The notes beneath the pieces were generated by a model. The model was given only the letters and a program-made list of their open reading frames with translations, had not been told where the DNA came from and ran no database searches. This document shows, in pieces, positions 35,701-51,264 of a stretch of DNA of 64,000 bases (position 1 is its first letter; each line of letters opens with the position of its first letter). A program made the position numbers and the translations under genes. The stretch is from Monocercomonoides exilis PA203 (lineage: Eukaryota; Protista; Preaxostyla): NCBI GenBank assembly GCA_001643675.2, contig LSRY02000012.1, positions 186,001 to 250,000 on the forward strand. Reading direction: 5' to 3'.

Positions 35701-38700
35701 ATCTCCCAGGCACATGCTGCACATCCACCGCATCCTGGCTGATGAGCGGGTGGTGGGGCTGATGCACGCGATGCTCAGAAAAGTGGAGGTGGCGAAGGGG
35801 AAGGAGATTCTGACCTCAGAGCAGCTGGTGGAGGAGGCGAAGCTAGCGGCGAAGGAGGCAGAACAAGGGAAAGGTGCAAATGACAATGGAAATGAAAAAG
35901 AAAACCAAAATGAAAATGAGAAAGAGAAAGAGAAAGAGAACGATAACGAAAATGAAGCACATGAGAAAGACAACAAGAATAATATGGAGGATGCATTGAA
36001 CGAGAAAGGAGAAGACGACGAGACAGAAATTGACAAAGAGAAAGAGGAAAGCGAAGAAAGTGCTGGTGATACAAAGGGAGACAAAAGCTACACAAGCAAC
36101 ACTGTCAAGGCGAATGGGCTATCGAAGCGAGGTGGAAGCGGAGGAAGCAACAAGAAAGACAACAAAAGAGGCGAAGGGAGCAATCGAAGGCAGTATGGAA
36201 AGAGGAAGAAGAACGACTGGGCGACGCTGAAGCCGAAAGTGCGGGCGTTCTTCACCGTGCCGACGTTTGGCCATGGAAAGAAGGAAAACACGAAGAAAGG
36301 CGAAAGCGGAGACAAAAAGGCGCTGAACGAGAATGGCACGTACAATGGCGCTAATCAGATGTCTTTATCTGAGTATGGAATGAGCTATTCAGACATGAAA
36401 GAGAGAGAAGGAGCAGCATGTGCCTCAGCAGAAGAGGAGTGGAAGACAAAAGACGAGAAAGAAAACGCCAACAGAGCCAGCCACCAGACGATGTTTCCAG
36501 CGCATTCGTATCTCTCTGCAGGAGGGCTCAGCTTCCACGGCATCAGCCGCTCAGCACTTTCGAAGATTGTCTCAGGAAACAGCCAGCAATTCAATGCAAA
36601 CAGCTCATTCGGCACACACCACCCGCTTTCCACAGCCATCTCCTCTGCAGGTGCTGCCTCGTCTGCCTATCTCAGCACGCCTCTGCTGCAAAAGCAGCTC
36701 CTTTCCTTCCAACAGAACCCAACGCCACTCACTGCCAGCTCTTCAGCACTGAACAGCCTCCACTTTGGCGCACTCAACGGAATACAGAACATACAGAACA
36801 TTCAGAATATGCAAAGCATGCAAGGTATTCAGAACATGCAGATGATGTCTGGTGCTTCCAATATGAACCCAGCGCTTTCTGCACAGCAGGCACAATATTC
36901 TCTCCAGCTTCCCCTGAGCAGCCAGAACACGCATTGCTATCACACAGCCAGTGGAATGCAGGCAGTTGGGCCGAAGTACGACCACCGCAGCACTCAGCTG
37001 ACGCCGCTGGGCACGTTGACTGCACAAGGCCTGTCTGCCCTGTTCAGCCGCAGTGGAGGAGGGTATTCACACGGCGGAGGGGCTGGGCAGCACGGGAGGA
37101 TGGTTGTGCAGCAGACGATGAACTATCAACAACAGCAGCAGCAGAAATCAGAACAGAATGGTATTGACAGCTCAAAAGCGCCTTCTTCTTCTCCTCCTCC
37201 TTCTCAATCGCAACAAGGTGCTCAGTCTAACTCAATGAAGCAGAACTCAATGCAGAATACAGGCAACTCAACAAGCTCAGACGTCTCTTCTACCTCTAAG
37301 AATGCAACACGGAAAAGCAATTCTCTTTCTCCAAGTTCCTCTTCAACTCCCACAAATGCAACAGCATCGTCATCATCATCTTCTTCTTCTTCAGGCAATC
37401 ACCACAGCCGCTCTGAGAGCTATGCGTCGAATCAGCCTCTTCAGGACATCCTGACATCATTCACACAGAGTACAATGCATGGAATGCAACAGCGGATGCC
37501 CATTCAACAACAACAGCAACAGCAGCAGCAACAGAATAGCCAACAAGTCAATCAACAAGCCAGCCAGCAGTCCAACCAGCAATCTTCCCGGTCGTCGCAC
37601 TCATCTCCGAATGTGTCTTCCTCTTCCTCTTCTTCTTCTTCTCCTCCTTCTCCTTTCAGCCCAAGCAGCTTCATCCTCCACAACATCCTTTCTCCACAAG
37701 GCGCAGTCACACACCCTTCTCCTCTGACACAGACACTCGCCAGAATAAACTCTGTCCAGCCACAAATTGTTCAGAAGCCTTCCTCTTCATCATCATCATC
37801 ATCTTCTTCTTCTTCTTCTCCTTCTTCTTCTTCTTCTCACTTCCACATACCCTTTTCGCATCAATCATCACAGTTTCAGTCAGCAATGCTCTCTCAACAA
37901 GCTCATCAGGCTCAGCAGCAGCTGCAGAAAACAGCCTCTTTGAAGCAGTTTCAGTTCCAGACGCCTTCTTCACTGACTGGAAATCTGCCACAGATGACAG
38001 TCAAAAGTTCACAGTTCCCTTCTCAGTTTGGATCATCATCACCTTCTTCTTCTACTACCTCTTCTCCATCATCTACTTTTTTATCTTCCTCTTCCTCCTC
38101 CTCTTCTTCTTCTTCCTTCTCTCCATCCTCATCTTCGTCCACTCCTTCATTATCATCTTCAACAGCTGCTGCTTATTCAAACCAGAATGCAAAACAACCT
38201 CTGCCACAACTTGAATCTCATCATTCAACAAATGCTTCATCTTCTGCCTCTTCTGCCACTCCCCCATCTGCTTTGTCTCCTTCTCTTTCTTTTTCATCAC
38301 CTTCATCTTCTTCTCTTTCTTCTTCTTCTTCCTCTTCCTCTTCCTCTTCCTCTTCCTCTTCCTCTTCCTCTTCTACGTCAACTTCTGGTCCTTTTTATTC
38401 TTCCTCTTCTTCCTCCTCTTATTCTTCCCAATTTCGTCCTTTCAAACAAAACAGTTCAACTTTCTCTCCTCTTCCATCTTCTTCTTCTTCCTCCTCCTCT
38501 TCCTCAACAAGCATTTCTTCTTCTTCTTCTTCTTCTCAGTTCTCTTCCTTCTCCTCTCAGCTGCCTAAAACTGCATTTTTAGGAAATGCCACTCTGCCAT
38601 TTGCCTTTTTCACTCCAATCATTTCGAGTCAAATGACTCCTTCGTCTGTCATGTCAATGTGCTCATCTTCTGTCCCTTCTCCTTCTCTCGCTTTCTCTTC

Positions 38701-39619
38701 CTCCTCTTATTCTACCTCCTCCTCCTCTTCTTCCTCCTCTCTTTCTCCCTCTTCTTCTTCTTCTTCTTTCCCTTCTTCTCTTTCTCCCTCTTCCTCCTCT
38801 TCTTCTCTTCTCCCTCCTTCTCCCCCTCGTGCCCCTCTCCTTCCTCTTTCTCTGCCAAATGGCCCATTCCCAAAAGCTGCCCAGTTTTCTGCCCAGTTTG
38901 AGCCTTCTTCTTTGATCAACTTCTCCACCCCGTCTGTCGCCAAGTTCTACGCCCCCACCACTATCATATCCACTGCTCAATCATCATCATCATCTTCTTC
39001 TTCTTCTTCTTCTTCTTCTTCTTCTTCTTCCTCTTCCTCTTCTTCTTCCTCTCCTTCATCACCTTCGTCTTCTTCATCATCTTCCTCTTCTCCTTCCTCT
39101 TTATCTTCCTCCTCCTCCTCCTCATCTTCTTCTTCTTCCTCTTCTTCTAGTAATATTAGCACACTCACTCCAAAACCATCGGAATCTCAGCCAATAAGTG
39201 TTTTTTCTCCACCTCGTCTGCTTCTGTCCTTATCTTCTTCTTCCTCCTCCTCTCCTTCTTCTTCCTCTTCCTCTTCTTTCGCGCCTCCTTCTCTTTCTCT
39301 TCCTCCCCCAAAAAGCGAAATCTCCTTCTCCCCCAGCCCAGCCACACACTCTGCCCAGTTTTCCCTCGGAACGCCTTCGACCACTCTGCCTGCCTCGTCT
39401 GCCTCGTCTGCCCCTTCCTCTCTGCCTCCCCCTGCCTTCTCCTCTGCTTCTTATGCCCCTCAAATCTCTCAGCTCCTCCCCAATTCCCAGCAGCCCCCTC
39501 TCAACTCTGCCTCAATGCGTGAGTACCCTGACCCTTTTGCCGCATCGCTCCTGCTGCGGAAACCGTCCGCCCAGACTAAAAACTCTCCTGCAAAGGCAGA
39601 GCAAAATGCTGCTCATTAA
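29721..39619 (+). CDS. Very large (~3,200 aa) poly-Ser/Gln low-complexity hypothetical protein. Predicted small exons 29721-29828, 29884-29919, 30037-30097, then a ~9.4-kb exon
   Basis: 3151-codon ORF 30164-39619. The upstream GT..AG-bounded exons (MTELDDFLF...; LENALLSASENE; NIHNNPNEISGLLQLSEKIR) splice in phase into it. Confidence 0.8.
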
Positions 39620-40029
39620 ATGTGCAGAAAATTAATTGAAAGTCACTAGCGTTTTGTAATTTATTTTTTTACGATGTTGTTATGTCAAAGTTTTTATTGA
39701 AGTATTTAATTTATTAATAATAACGAGTTTTTTCAGACAAAATCCTGTTTTACGGAATGTTCGGGATTATTTTATTTATTAAGAAAAAAACTTAAAAAAT
39801 ATGTATGCAAAAATTTTCTGATTTTCTTTTAAAAGAAATGTCAAAAAATAAAAATGGGTGTGCATTATTTTTTATTTTGTCACATCTTTTCCTGTCAGAA
39901 GGATTTTGAATTCCCTTTGTCCTTTCAGGTTTGGCATATTTTATATTCGTTGAAAGGGTGAGGATTTTGTTAATTATTTTTGTGTTTTTGGTTATTGACT
40001 ACAATTTTTGTTTGTTGCAAAAAGGAGAA

Positions 40030-43000
40030 ATGAAAGAAGATAATATTCAGATAAAAACAAAAGAACGAATCGAAATGCGTCGAGACGCAACTTGGACAGC
40101 ATGTGAACGAGTTTTATTTTCAAGGGAAAGGTAACTTCACGCTTTATTTATCGATAAGAATTGAAATAATTTAATGTTAGGTCAGAGATTTGCACAATTA
40201 TCGGGTTTGTGGATGGACTGGAAGTATGGAGCATCGAAAACTCGATCTTTGCTGAACTTGTCTACCTTGAAAAAGGGTTGTCAGTGAGGGGAGCAAAGGT
40301 GTGTTTCAAAAGTTGATTTTTATAAGTTGATTGAATCGTGTTAATTGGCTTCTCCTAAAGATTCTGAATTATTCTTCAGAAAGAAAGCGAGATGTTCTCG
40401 TGGGGCATTATCCTTGCGTAGCTGTGTGCACATTTGATCGGATTGGAAATTATCCATGCACATGTGCATGTATTTTGAGCATGAAGACAAAAGAGTGTGT
40501 GCTGCGGTTGGAATTTTCAAAGCCTGTGATTGGAGTAACTGCCTCGGATAGTTATTTTGTTGTGGTATGAAAGATAGAGTCAAAGGGGACATATGCTTTT
40601 CTTTTCTTTTTCAAAGGTTGGAGATTGTATTTTAATGTTTTTAGCTGAATTTTCAATTTTTCATTGTATGCTAATCTTTCAAATGCACATTTGTAACTGT
40701 GCATTATTGTTTTTTTATGTATTCATTGGTTGGCAAATTTTTTTCTCTTTTCTGGAACGGAATTCGTTTAGTCTCTTTATGACGAGCATCATATTTTCTG
40801 CAGAGATGGAGACTTTAAACGGCCCCTCTGTTGTGTAGCTGCGGCACATGCACCATCAGCGCTACCGGCTGTGTCGTTACAAGGTAATTGGCTTTGCTGG
40901 GCAACAGACTCAGGTGAAGGAGATATAAAGCATTCAGATGAGATGATTGAAAGGAAAACTGAAAGAACAGACGACGGCAGTTGGAGAGCTGGAAAATGGA
41001 AGGAAGTTGAGATGATGAAGAGTCAAAGCGCATGGAAAAGGAGTTGGCAGCAGGGCGAATGGGAAGAGAGATTTTTGAAGGTCGAAAGTGATCAAGAAAT
41101 TAGTAGAAAAGTCTGTGAAGAAAGAAGAGAAGACGAAATAAGCCGTTTCGAAATGAGTAGAAGTGCTGGAGCAAAACAAAGATATATCGCACGGATGATG
41201 AATGATGCTGGATTGGATGTCGAAGAAAGCGGTGGATGGAAGCAGTTCTGGAAAAGCACGGTGAAATTCTTAGGTATGTTTTTAACTGAAAGAGCTATAA
41301 ATTTAATTTGAGGAATCAATTGAAACATAAAAAATAATATCTTTTTTATTATTCGCAAAGTATTCTATCAGCATTTTAAATTTCAATATGAGGAGTCGAT
41401 AGAATTTTTGTTCGTCTTTTATTGGTTTATTTGTTTGATCGATGAAATGTTTCTTTTAATTATTCTCTCTTTTTTTTCCTATTGAATATGAATTTTGTTG
41501 TATTTTTCATTTCTGCACAGGAAATGTTTCAAAGACCGTTGTTGGGTCTGATGGACTAAAGCCATACATTGAAGCCAGCCGATTGAACGAAGGAGGCGGA
41601 AGCCCAGCGCGGAAGGCTCAAATAGCAAACAGACGAATACAAAGAACAGGATTCAATGGCAGATACGGCCCTTTTTACGGGTTGCCATTGTTTGTGCCTC
41701 AAAATGTGTTGGGAAATGGAAGCCTGGCTGCAAATATGGATCCGAGAAACAGCATCAATAGGAGGGGTATTGGGCAAATTATAACCACGCCCTTTATTAT
41801 GCCTCGTCACATTATTCAACCATTTTGCTCTTCAATCATCGGATGTCATAAAGCACTTCCAGGGTTAATGTTTGGAGGTGAAACTGCAAAGTTGAATTCA
41901 CACAGCTTGTGTCTTCCCCAAAAGAGGAAAGAGGACAAAGATGAGGTGTTTGAATGTGATACAGATGTTTCATCGCTTTTGAGAGCATCTTCAGAAAAAT
42001 CGGAGTTGAAGCACTCAATCGCAATTGTGGATCTTTCTTCGCTTTCTGTAATCTTCTGCGGGTCTGTGTGCACAGCACCAATTGCATGTATTTCATTGAT
42101 GTGCCCAACTTCTTCTCTTTTCAACTTTTCTACTAATTCGACGGCAGCTTCATTGAAAGAGCGTCGAATGAGAAACACAACAGAAGCGATGATGGGACTA
42201 CCGCCACTCGTGGCTGTTGCACCTGTCGATGGGCGGAGTGTACTTCTGTTTCGAGTTGAAGCGCTGTTTGGGCGGTTGGGTGGATGGAATTACAGCAGAA
42301 GCACACTTCTTTGCCATGCCCCGCGGATGGAGTTGAGGAACGAGAGGAAATTAGAAATAGGAATTCAACCTGAACAAGGATTTATGAAAGTTGAGTGGAG
42401 TGACTATCGAGAAAACTCAAAGGAAGTTCCATTTTGGAGAGAAGGAGTGGAAGCACGACTTGCACAGCCGCCTGCTTCGTGTGTTGCACTGTCTTTGTTG
42501 CATTGCCTATTCAGAGGGCACACACCGGCTTTGATTACAAACATCACATTTGCTGTTTCTAGTGTGTTGCCTGGAGATGTCAGTGAGATTGTTGAAGGAG
42601 CACATTCAAATGCATTTTCACAGCAATGTTGTGAAAATGAAAGTATTTCTTCATTTCTCGATAAACGCTCATCAATGCGACCATCAGTCACCATTGGAGT
42701 AACATCGTCTCATGGCACGACTCATCTTTATTTGGTTCAATCGTTGGGAGCAGAGGGATCTAAACCTCTTTCGCAAATATTTGGAATGGGAAGATCATTT
42801 ATGAATGAATGGAACGGAAGAGGATCTGGAGACACAGCGGAAATGGTGTTCGAATCGAGCAAATTTGACCAACAAGAAGGGAAAACTTGTTTTGAAGCAG
42901 AATCAGAAGAAGAGCCAGATTTTATTGATGTGTCGCAACCAACAATATTAAAGGCAGCAGCTCGGATTCGCGGGAAGGGATCAGGTGTAGCAGGACAAGT

Positions 43001-45347
43001 AGGAGAGTGGTCCGGTGCAGCTGCTGCAAAGGCAGCAGAGGCAGTGAGCAGCGTGTGGGGATGGCTGGGTAGGAAAATTGGATACGGTGTTGATCGTTTG
43101 GTCGAGTGGACAGAAGAGAAAATGAACAAACGAGGAAAAACCTTACAAGAAGGAAGGTATAAGAGTGATGGAGATGAAAGGGAGAAGAGTTTACAAAATG
43201 AAACAAAACCATTGACTTATAGCAACAGAATGCTGACGGATGAAGTTGAAGCCGGAAAGGAGGAAGAAGAAATGAGAATACCAATTTTGACTCCGCTTCC
43301 ATGCTCTTTTGTGTTTGTTGGCAGAAATCAGATTTCGAATTGGAGAGAGAAAATGGAGATGGAGATTAATGAATGCGATATCTCCAGTCTGCAATATAGT
43401 AATCCAAAGGTCAGTGGTAAAAGCGAAAGAGAAAAATGGCCGGAATCAATGGCACCATCTACAAATAGCACACCTTATCTGATGGAAAAGTCACTAAATG
43501 ATTGCACAAGCCCAAGGACAATAATGCAGCAACAGTTAATACTTGCTCAACAAGCAACTACTGCAGATTCAGATGTTATAAAAACAAATGCATCATGTCG
43601 AGTATCGTCTGGGAGTGATTGTAACTCTTTAAATAAAATTGATGAACAATTAGCATCTTATCCATCACTCGAGAAGATTGGTCGAGCTGAGATGGGAGTG
43701 ATAGGGCAGCAAGTTTTGGAAGATGAACGGAAAGAAATTGGTAACTTTCGAGTGTGCGTAGAAATAGCGAAAAGTTGCATGAATCTTGTTGGAGTTTGTG
43801 TTGAAGCAAATAAGGGGATGCATGTGGAACAGGTAAAACTGACTCAGCAAGTTCCATGCAAAATATTAGGTTCAAAAGAAAGGAGCGTTATAAGCAATAA
43901 TGGCTGGAGAAAGATTTTAGAAGTCGGATCTCAAAGCAAAATGGAAGTGGAGCGAATGAACGAATGGAAAGTGATATCACCTGGAGAAGCGGAAGAAGAG
44001 GATTTAGAGAGGGAAAGAGAGGGAATGATGGAAGAGAAACACGAGACAGAACAGACACAGCAAAGACCAGAGACTGAACAAAAAGTTAGCACACAAATTT
44101 TGCAGCTTCATCATCTGGAAGTTCCAAAGAGACAACAGGAAATAAGACGTAAGTTGGAAGAAGCAGAAGAGAGAATGAGGCAATGGAAAAGAAATAGAAG
44201 ATGGGAAGAGATGGTTGATGATGGGACACATTGTGACAAGGTGTTGTGGGGTTGTGGAGGGGGAAAGTTTGAAGAGTGGAAATGGAAGTTCTGGCAAGAA
44301 GATAAGAAAGGAGATAAAAATGAGACGAATGAGGCAGCAACATGCATAGGTGATGAAAACGAAGAACAGCAGAATTGTGAGGATATTTTGAATGCTGTCA
44401 ATAGACTGACTGAAGGAAAGGGAGCGAAAACAATGAAATGGGGCTGTGTATGTTCGGATAAGAGTGAAAGAGATGCCGGAAATGAGATATGCAAGAGCAT
44501 AATTGGTGAATGTGGAAAAGAGCAGATCTCAGATCCAGAACAAAATGATGCTGATCAATTAACAACTGAAAGAGAAATCGCTGAATCTGTACAGTGCACA
44601 TATCATAAGTTGCTGACGAGGATGACAGGCGCAGTGAGGTATTTGATTGAACCAGGAAATGAACTTAAAGAAGTTGGAAAAGAAAAATCGTGGAGCTTGG
44701 GAAAATCGTTAAGATTTGGACTTGCATGGGTAAGGGCAGATGGCAAGAGGATGGAAACAAAGGAGAAAGGGGAGGGAAATGAAATGAGGATGAAAGGGAG
44801 AATTAATGAGGGAATAGAAAAAAAAGAAGGAGAAGGAGAAGGAGAAGAGGAAGAAAAAGAAGAAGAGGAGGAGGAAGAAGAGGAAAAGGAAGAAGAAGCA
44901 GATGGAGGAAATGAAGAATATGTCGCAGTAGATGAGTTGAAACTTCACCTTGGTGGGGCAGGGATGGGGATTGGATTTCAGCAGAAAGGAACAGAAAATG
45001 TATTGAAAGGAGGAAGAGACGCTGAAAGGAGAAAGTTGAATGAGGCGTGTGAAGTTGAAGAGAATGAAGACGAAGGAAGAAAATGGAAGATGAAAACTAA
45101 ATGGAGAACAGGCGGTTATGGAAAAGAAGTTCCTTTTGATAATCAACCGCTTCAAGAGGAGCAGATGGTTGGAAGTCTGCGCAAAGGCATTGAAAGAGAG
45201 CAAGATTTGGTGACAGAAGAGGAAGTGATAGAAAGGATGAAGCTTGAGAGGCAGAGAAAAATGGAAGTAATGAAGCCACCAACAGAACTACCTCCGCATC
45301 CAATGGCAAGAGAAGTTGAATATTCAAAGATGTGCATGCCTCCATGA
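40030..45347 (+). CDS. BCAS3/ATG18(F-H)-like WD40 beta-propeller protein with large insertions (multi-exon; last exon ~41521-45347)
   Basis: Motifs IIGFVDGLEVWSI, LRLEFSKPVIGVTASDSYFVV, SLQGNWLCWA, IAIVDL...CTAPIACISL, PLVAVAPVDGRSVLLFRV and LLHCLFRGHTPALITNITFA...IGVTSSHGTTHLY match the motif order of the BCAS3 family. GT-AG introns at ~40131, ~40279, ~40565 and ~41274. Confidence 0.65.
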
Positions 45348-46331
45348 AAAGGGTAAAGAAAATAAAGAGACAGAAAATAAAGAGAAGAAAGAGCGTTTAA
45401 TGGATGCATGTAAGAATTGAGCAAGAAGAAAATTCTGAAAATTCAAAACTTTCGATGTCACTCACAATATTTTTTTAATCTCTTATCCTCATCCTTTTTT
45501 TTACGAACATAAAAAGTTTCACTTCTTGCTACATAAACTCGGGAAGGGCGTTTCTGACAATGACGCGTTCTGGACTGCATGTGCAATCTGTATTTGCTGA
45601 GTTATTTATTTTTCAAGCACAGATGAGTGTTGAAGAATAACAAGTTTTTCTACACTTAAAACCAAGCAGAGAGAATATTTCGAAAGGAGTGCGTGAACCG
45701 TGACACAATCTCAAAAAGAAATATATTTGTATTTTTCGAATTTGCACTCCTTGTTTCAATCCAAATTTACAAGGAGTTATACGGTTTCTTTAAATTGTTT
45801 TTTGTTTTTTATTTTTGAAAATTTATCAGAAAAAAAGCAAGTATTTCCTAAACTCTTTTCAATTTCAAAAAAAGATGTGTCTGCATTTTGGCATAATACG
45901 CTTTAATATTTTGTGGAACTTATTTTTGATTTTGTGTTTAGAAATCATAAAGCAACAACCTGAGGAGAAAAGTTTATGAGACAAATGAGTATTGAAAATT
46001 CCAAATTTTCATTAAACTTAATGCTCAAAAATATTTTGACAAAAAAGTATCTGTAATCGCATGCAATCAAAATTTTTGAATCTTCTAAGTAAATAAGGCT
46101 TTTGGATCAGAAAAATGGAACTCAAAATTGCATCAAAGTGTTAGGGCAGAGTATCACACTTTGAAATTTTTATAGCATTAGATTTTGCCTTCAAATTTTG
46201 ACAAATGAAGTAAACAAATGGAACTCTGCTTCGAGCATGCAGAAGCATCGTGCCTTTCGTGATTGTAAATAATCCAACTGAAAGAAATATTCATAATTCC
46301 AAAAACAATAACTTCAATTGAAACTCAAATT

Positions 46332-48641
<2,310 letters not shown>

Positions 48642-48880
48642 CCTTTTTTAACGATAATCTTTATAAATATCAATAATTTTATCAATTCATTAAAATTTCT
48701 TGTTATATAGAACTTTAAAAATGGCATACAATCACTCCTTTCTTTTATACTGTTCTTTAAGAACAAATAAAATAAATAAATAAATATTTGATCTTTCTGT
48801 CCATCATAACAATTGGATAAATAACATAAAAATGGGGGCATTTTCACTATTTAACGTTTATCGTAACTAAAGAGAGAGTA
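48642..48880. promoter_or_regulatory. Putative bidirectional promoter between the MYST HAT and SSU72
   Basis: Only 239 bp between divergent start codons. Confidence 0.5.
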
Positions 48881-49700
48881 ATGGCTATAAAACGAGAAGA
48901 CATTAAAATTGCATGTATTTGTCTTTCTAATCAAAACAGGTATGAAAAGATTAGACGTTCATGAGAAGGTTTTTTGAAAGTTTTAATTATTTGTTGTTCA
49001 TAGGTCTATGGAAGCACATGCCCAAATGCTAAGAAGGGGAATGAAGCGAGTATGGTCGTATGGGACGGGCTATCATGTAAAACTTCCTGGAATGAGCATT
49101 GATCAGCCAAATGTTTATTCTTTTGGAACTCCATATGCTGCAATTGCTGCTGATTTGGAACGAAAAAACAAAGATTTGTATGTCTTTATTTGTTTTTTCT
49201 TCTATCGCTTTAACTTATGTTGATTCCTTCTTTTGTTAATTTTCATTTTGTTTAACATAATTTAAAGCTACTCTCAAATTGGACTTTTGGATCTTGTAAG
49301 GCGTAACGCAAAAATAAAGACAGCACCTGAACAATTTCAACAGCTGGAAATCGTTGATTTTGATTTGATTTTTACGTTTGAGGAGCGAGTTTATGAGCAA
49401 GTGATCTTACGTTTGTTGCTTTTTATTTCAGTTTTTTTCAGCATCGTTTTCGTTATTCTTGGTCATTTCAACATAGAACTGGAAACGAAGCCTCCAGTTG
49501 CAATGAAACAGTGTCACATTATCAATGTAGAGACTCGTGATGATGCAACGGAGGCTGTAAAGGGTGGCGAGTTTGCAGCGCTGATGGCAGAGGCAATGTT
49601 GAGGTCAAACGATTTAGATGATGAAATATATCAGATTATAAGCTCGTTTCAACAACGACCTGCTGCTCCTTTTTTACTACATCATATTTCTTTTGTTTGA
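48881..49700 (+). CDS. SSU72: RNA polymerase II CTD phosphatase Ssu72. Exons 48881-48939, 49004-49177, 49268-49410, 49477-49700
   Basis: Spliced product contains CLSNQNRSMEAH (CX5R), SYGTG..VKLPG.SIDQPNVYSFGTPY, GLLDLVRRNAKIK.APE.FQ and FDLIFTFEERVYEQV. Confidence 0.95.
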
Positions 49701-49885
49701 TTTATTTAACCAATCTCCTTTGCGAGATGCTCTCTCTTCTTTAAAAGGTTCGTTTTCTTTCTTCTCAAAAGCTTAATATAAATTTCTTTGAATTGCCTAT
49801 ATTTATATGAATTCATTGCTTTGCCTGATGTTTGTTTGTGCTTTCCTTCAGAACTTTAGCTTTTTCCCCAAACATTTGGCGCATG

Positions 49886-50249
49886 TTACTGTTGCCACAT
49901 TTTCACAGCTGCGAAAGTGGATGAATGTGCTATATCTTTATTCAGCTGACCTTGATATGAATTGAAGATGAAATCTTTAATTTGATTAGGCACATTTCTT
50001 TGGTAATTTTAATGCTAATTTGAAGAGAAGAACTATTTCATCCACTCGTTTTTTTGCAGAGCACATCTGTTCTAACTTTATGATTAGGTTTTGGTTTCGA
50101 TTTTATTCTGTAATCTTTCTCAATAGTTATTTGAGTCTTTCAGAAATTAATTTTTTTGTGAGAAAATGAAATCTCACTTCTGCTCTTTGAGAGAAATCTC
50201 TTGTTTGATCAGCAATTGTAAAATTTCTTCTAATTCCAACTTCTGTCAT
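49886..50249 (-). CDS. Possible small spliced hypothetical gene
   Basis: MTEVGIRRNFTIADQTRDFSQRAE|GT..AG|TQITIEKDYRIKSKPKPNHKVRTDVLCKKT|... gives phase-compatible exons, but no homology was recognised. Confidence 0.3.
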
Positions 50250-50439
50250 TCTTTCAATTTTGATAAGCCTTTTTCAAAATACAAATCTAACAATAAAAAT
50301 GTAATTTAGTACAACACAAAAGTATTTTTTCCCAAGAAATTTTATTTTTTTGAAATAATGTTATATCAATTGAAATTTATTGATGAAAATGGTGTGTAAA
50401 AATTGAAACAGAAAGCCAAATAAATTCATTGAAATATTC

Positions 50440-51264
50440 TTAAGAAAACATTCTCATCATTCCTGGCACTATATAGATAAAAAATATTTCATTAAAATTT
50501 TGTAAATATAAAGGCAAACTGTCATCGGATTGATCAATACTTGAAAGTATTGATTGTTGAATGTGTTCTTTCTTTCTGGCGTAAAGTTCTTTCATCTTTT
50601 CAGAATGGAACAGTCGGCTATCCTTTTCGCTGTTAAGGTGATTAAGTTGCTGTCTTATCGTATCATCTGCAGATTCCAATTGTTTCAGCCATTCTTCAAG
50701 TTTTTCAATCATTATTGGAATTCTTTCTGAAGGAACGTCACGTGGCGCACTTGCTTCAACGTGGAAGCACTGTTTATCGTGATCCAGCTTTCCTCTGACA
50801 ATACCTCTATAGATTGAATCAATAACGAGTGTCTCCATTTTTCCAAGATCAGGTGTATCTGTTTCAGATTGAATAGTTTTATAAGAAATTGACTGTAAAA
50901 ATTAAAGTATAACATAAGAATGATTGAATGCAAATAGCCACCATACTCTTGTATCGCGACAAAGCGTTAATATTGTAAGATGTTTTAATTTAATTGTCAT
51001 TTCATCATTTAAAGGGATGTATTTGTTAGAATTATTTTTATATTCCAAATAAACTCCATATGAAAAAAGTTCCAAAGTGTTTATCAACTTTTCATTTGCT
51101 TTGGATTCAATAAATGCTTCAACAGGAGGGCAATGAGTAAGTTCAGAAAAAACGTAAATTGCAGGGTGCTCCAATGCTCCTTTTATGATAGGTTCTAATG
51201 CATTTCCAGATTTTCCTTCACATTGCTTTACAAATTCAAGTAATTGAGAAACTCCTCCATCCAT
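50440..51264 (-). CDS. CSN7: COP9 signalosome subunit 7 (PCI domain). Intron 50946-50893, probable second intron 50519-50469
   Basis: IIKGALEHPAIYVFSEL...TLELFSYGVYLEY...KLKHLTILTL|SISY...METLVIDSIYRGIVRGKLDH...APRDV...LEEW, typical of CSN7. Confidence 0.88.

Noticed and set aside
30934-39635. Many overlapping poly-Leu/Glu/Lys/Arg ORFs
   Set aside because: They are alternative-frame readings of Ser-codon microsatellites in the main gene.
45500-46300. Possible small spliced gene or extra BCAS3-like exons
   Set aside because: Some exon-like patches are present, but no consistent in-phase model could be built.
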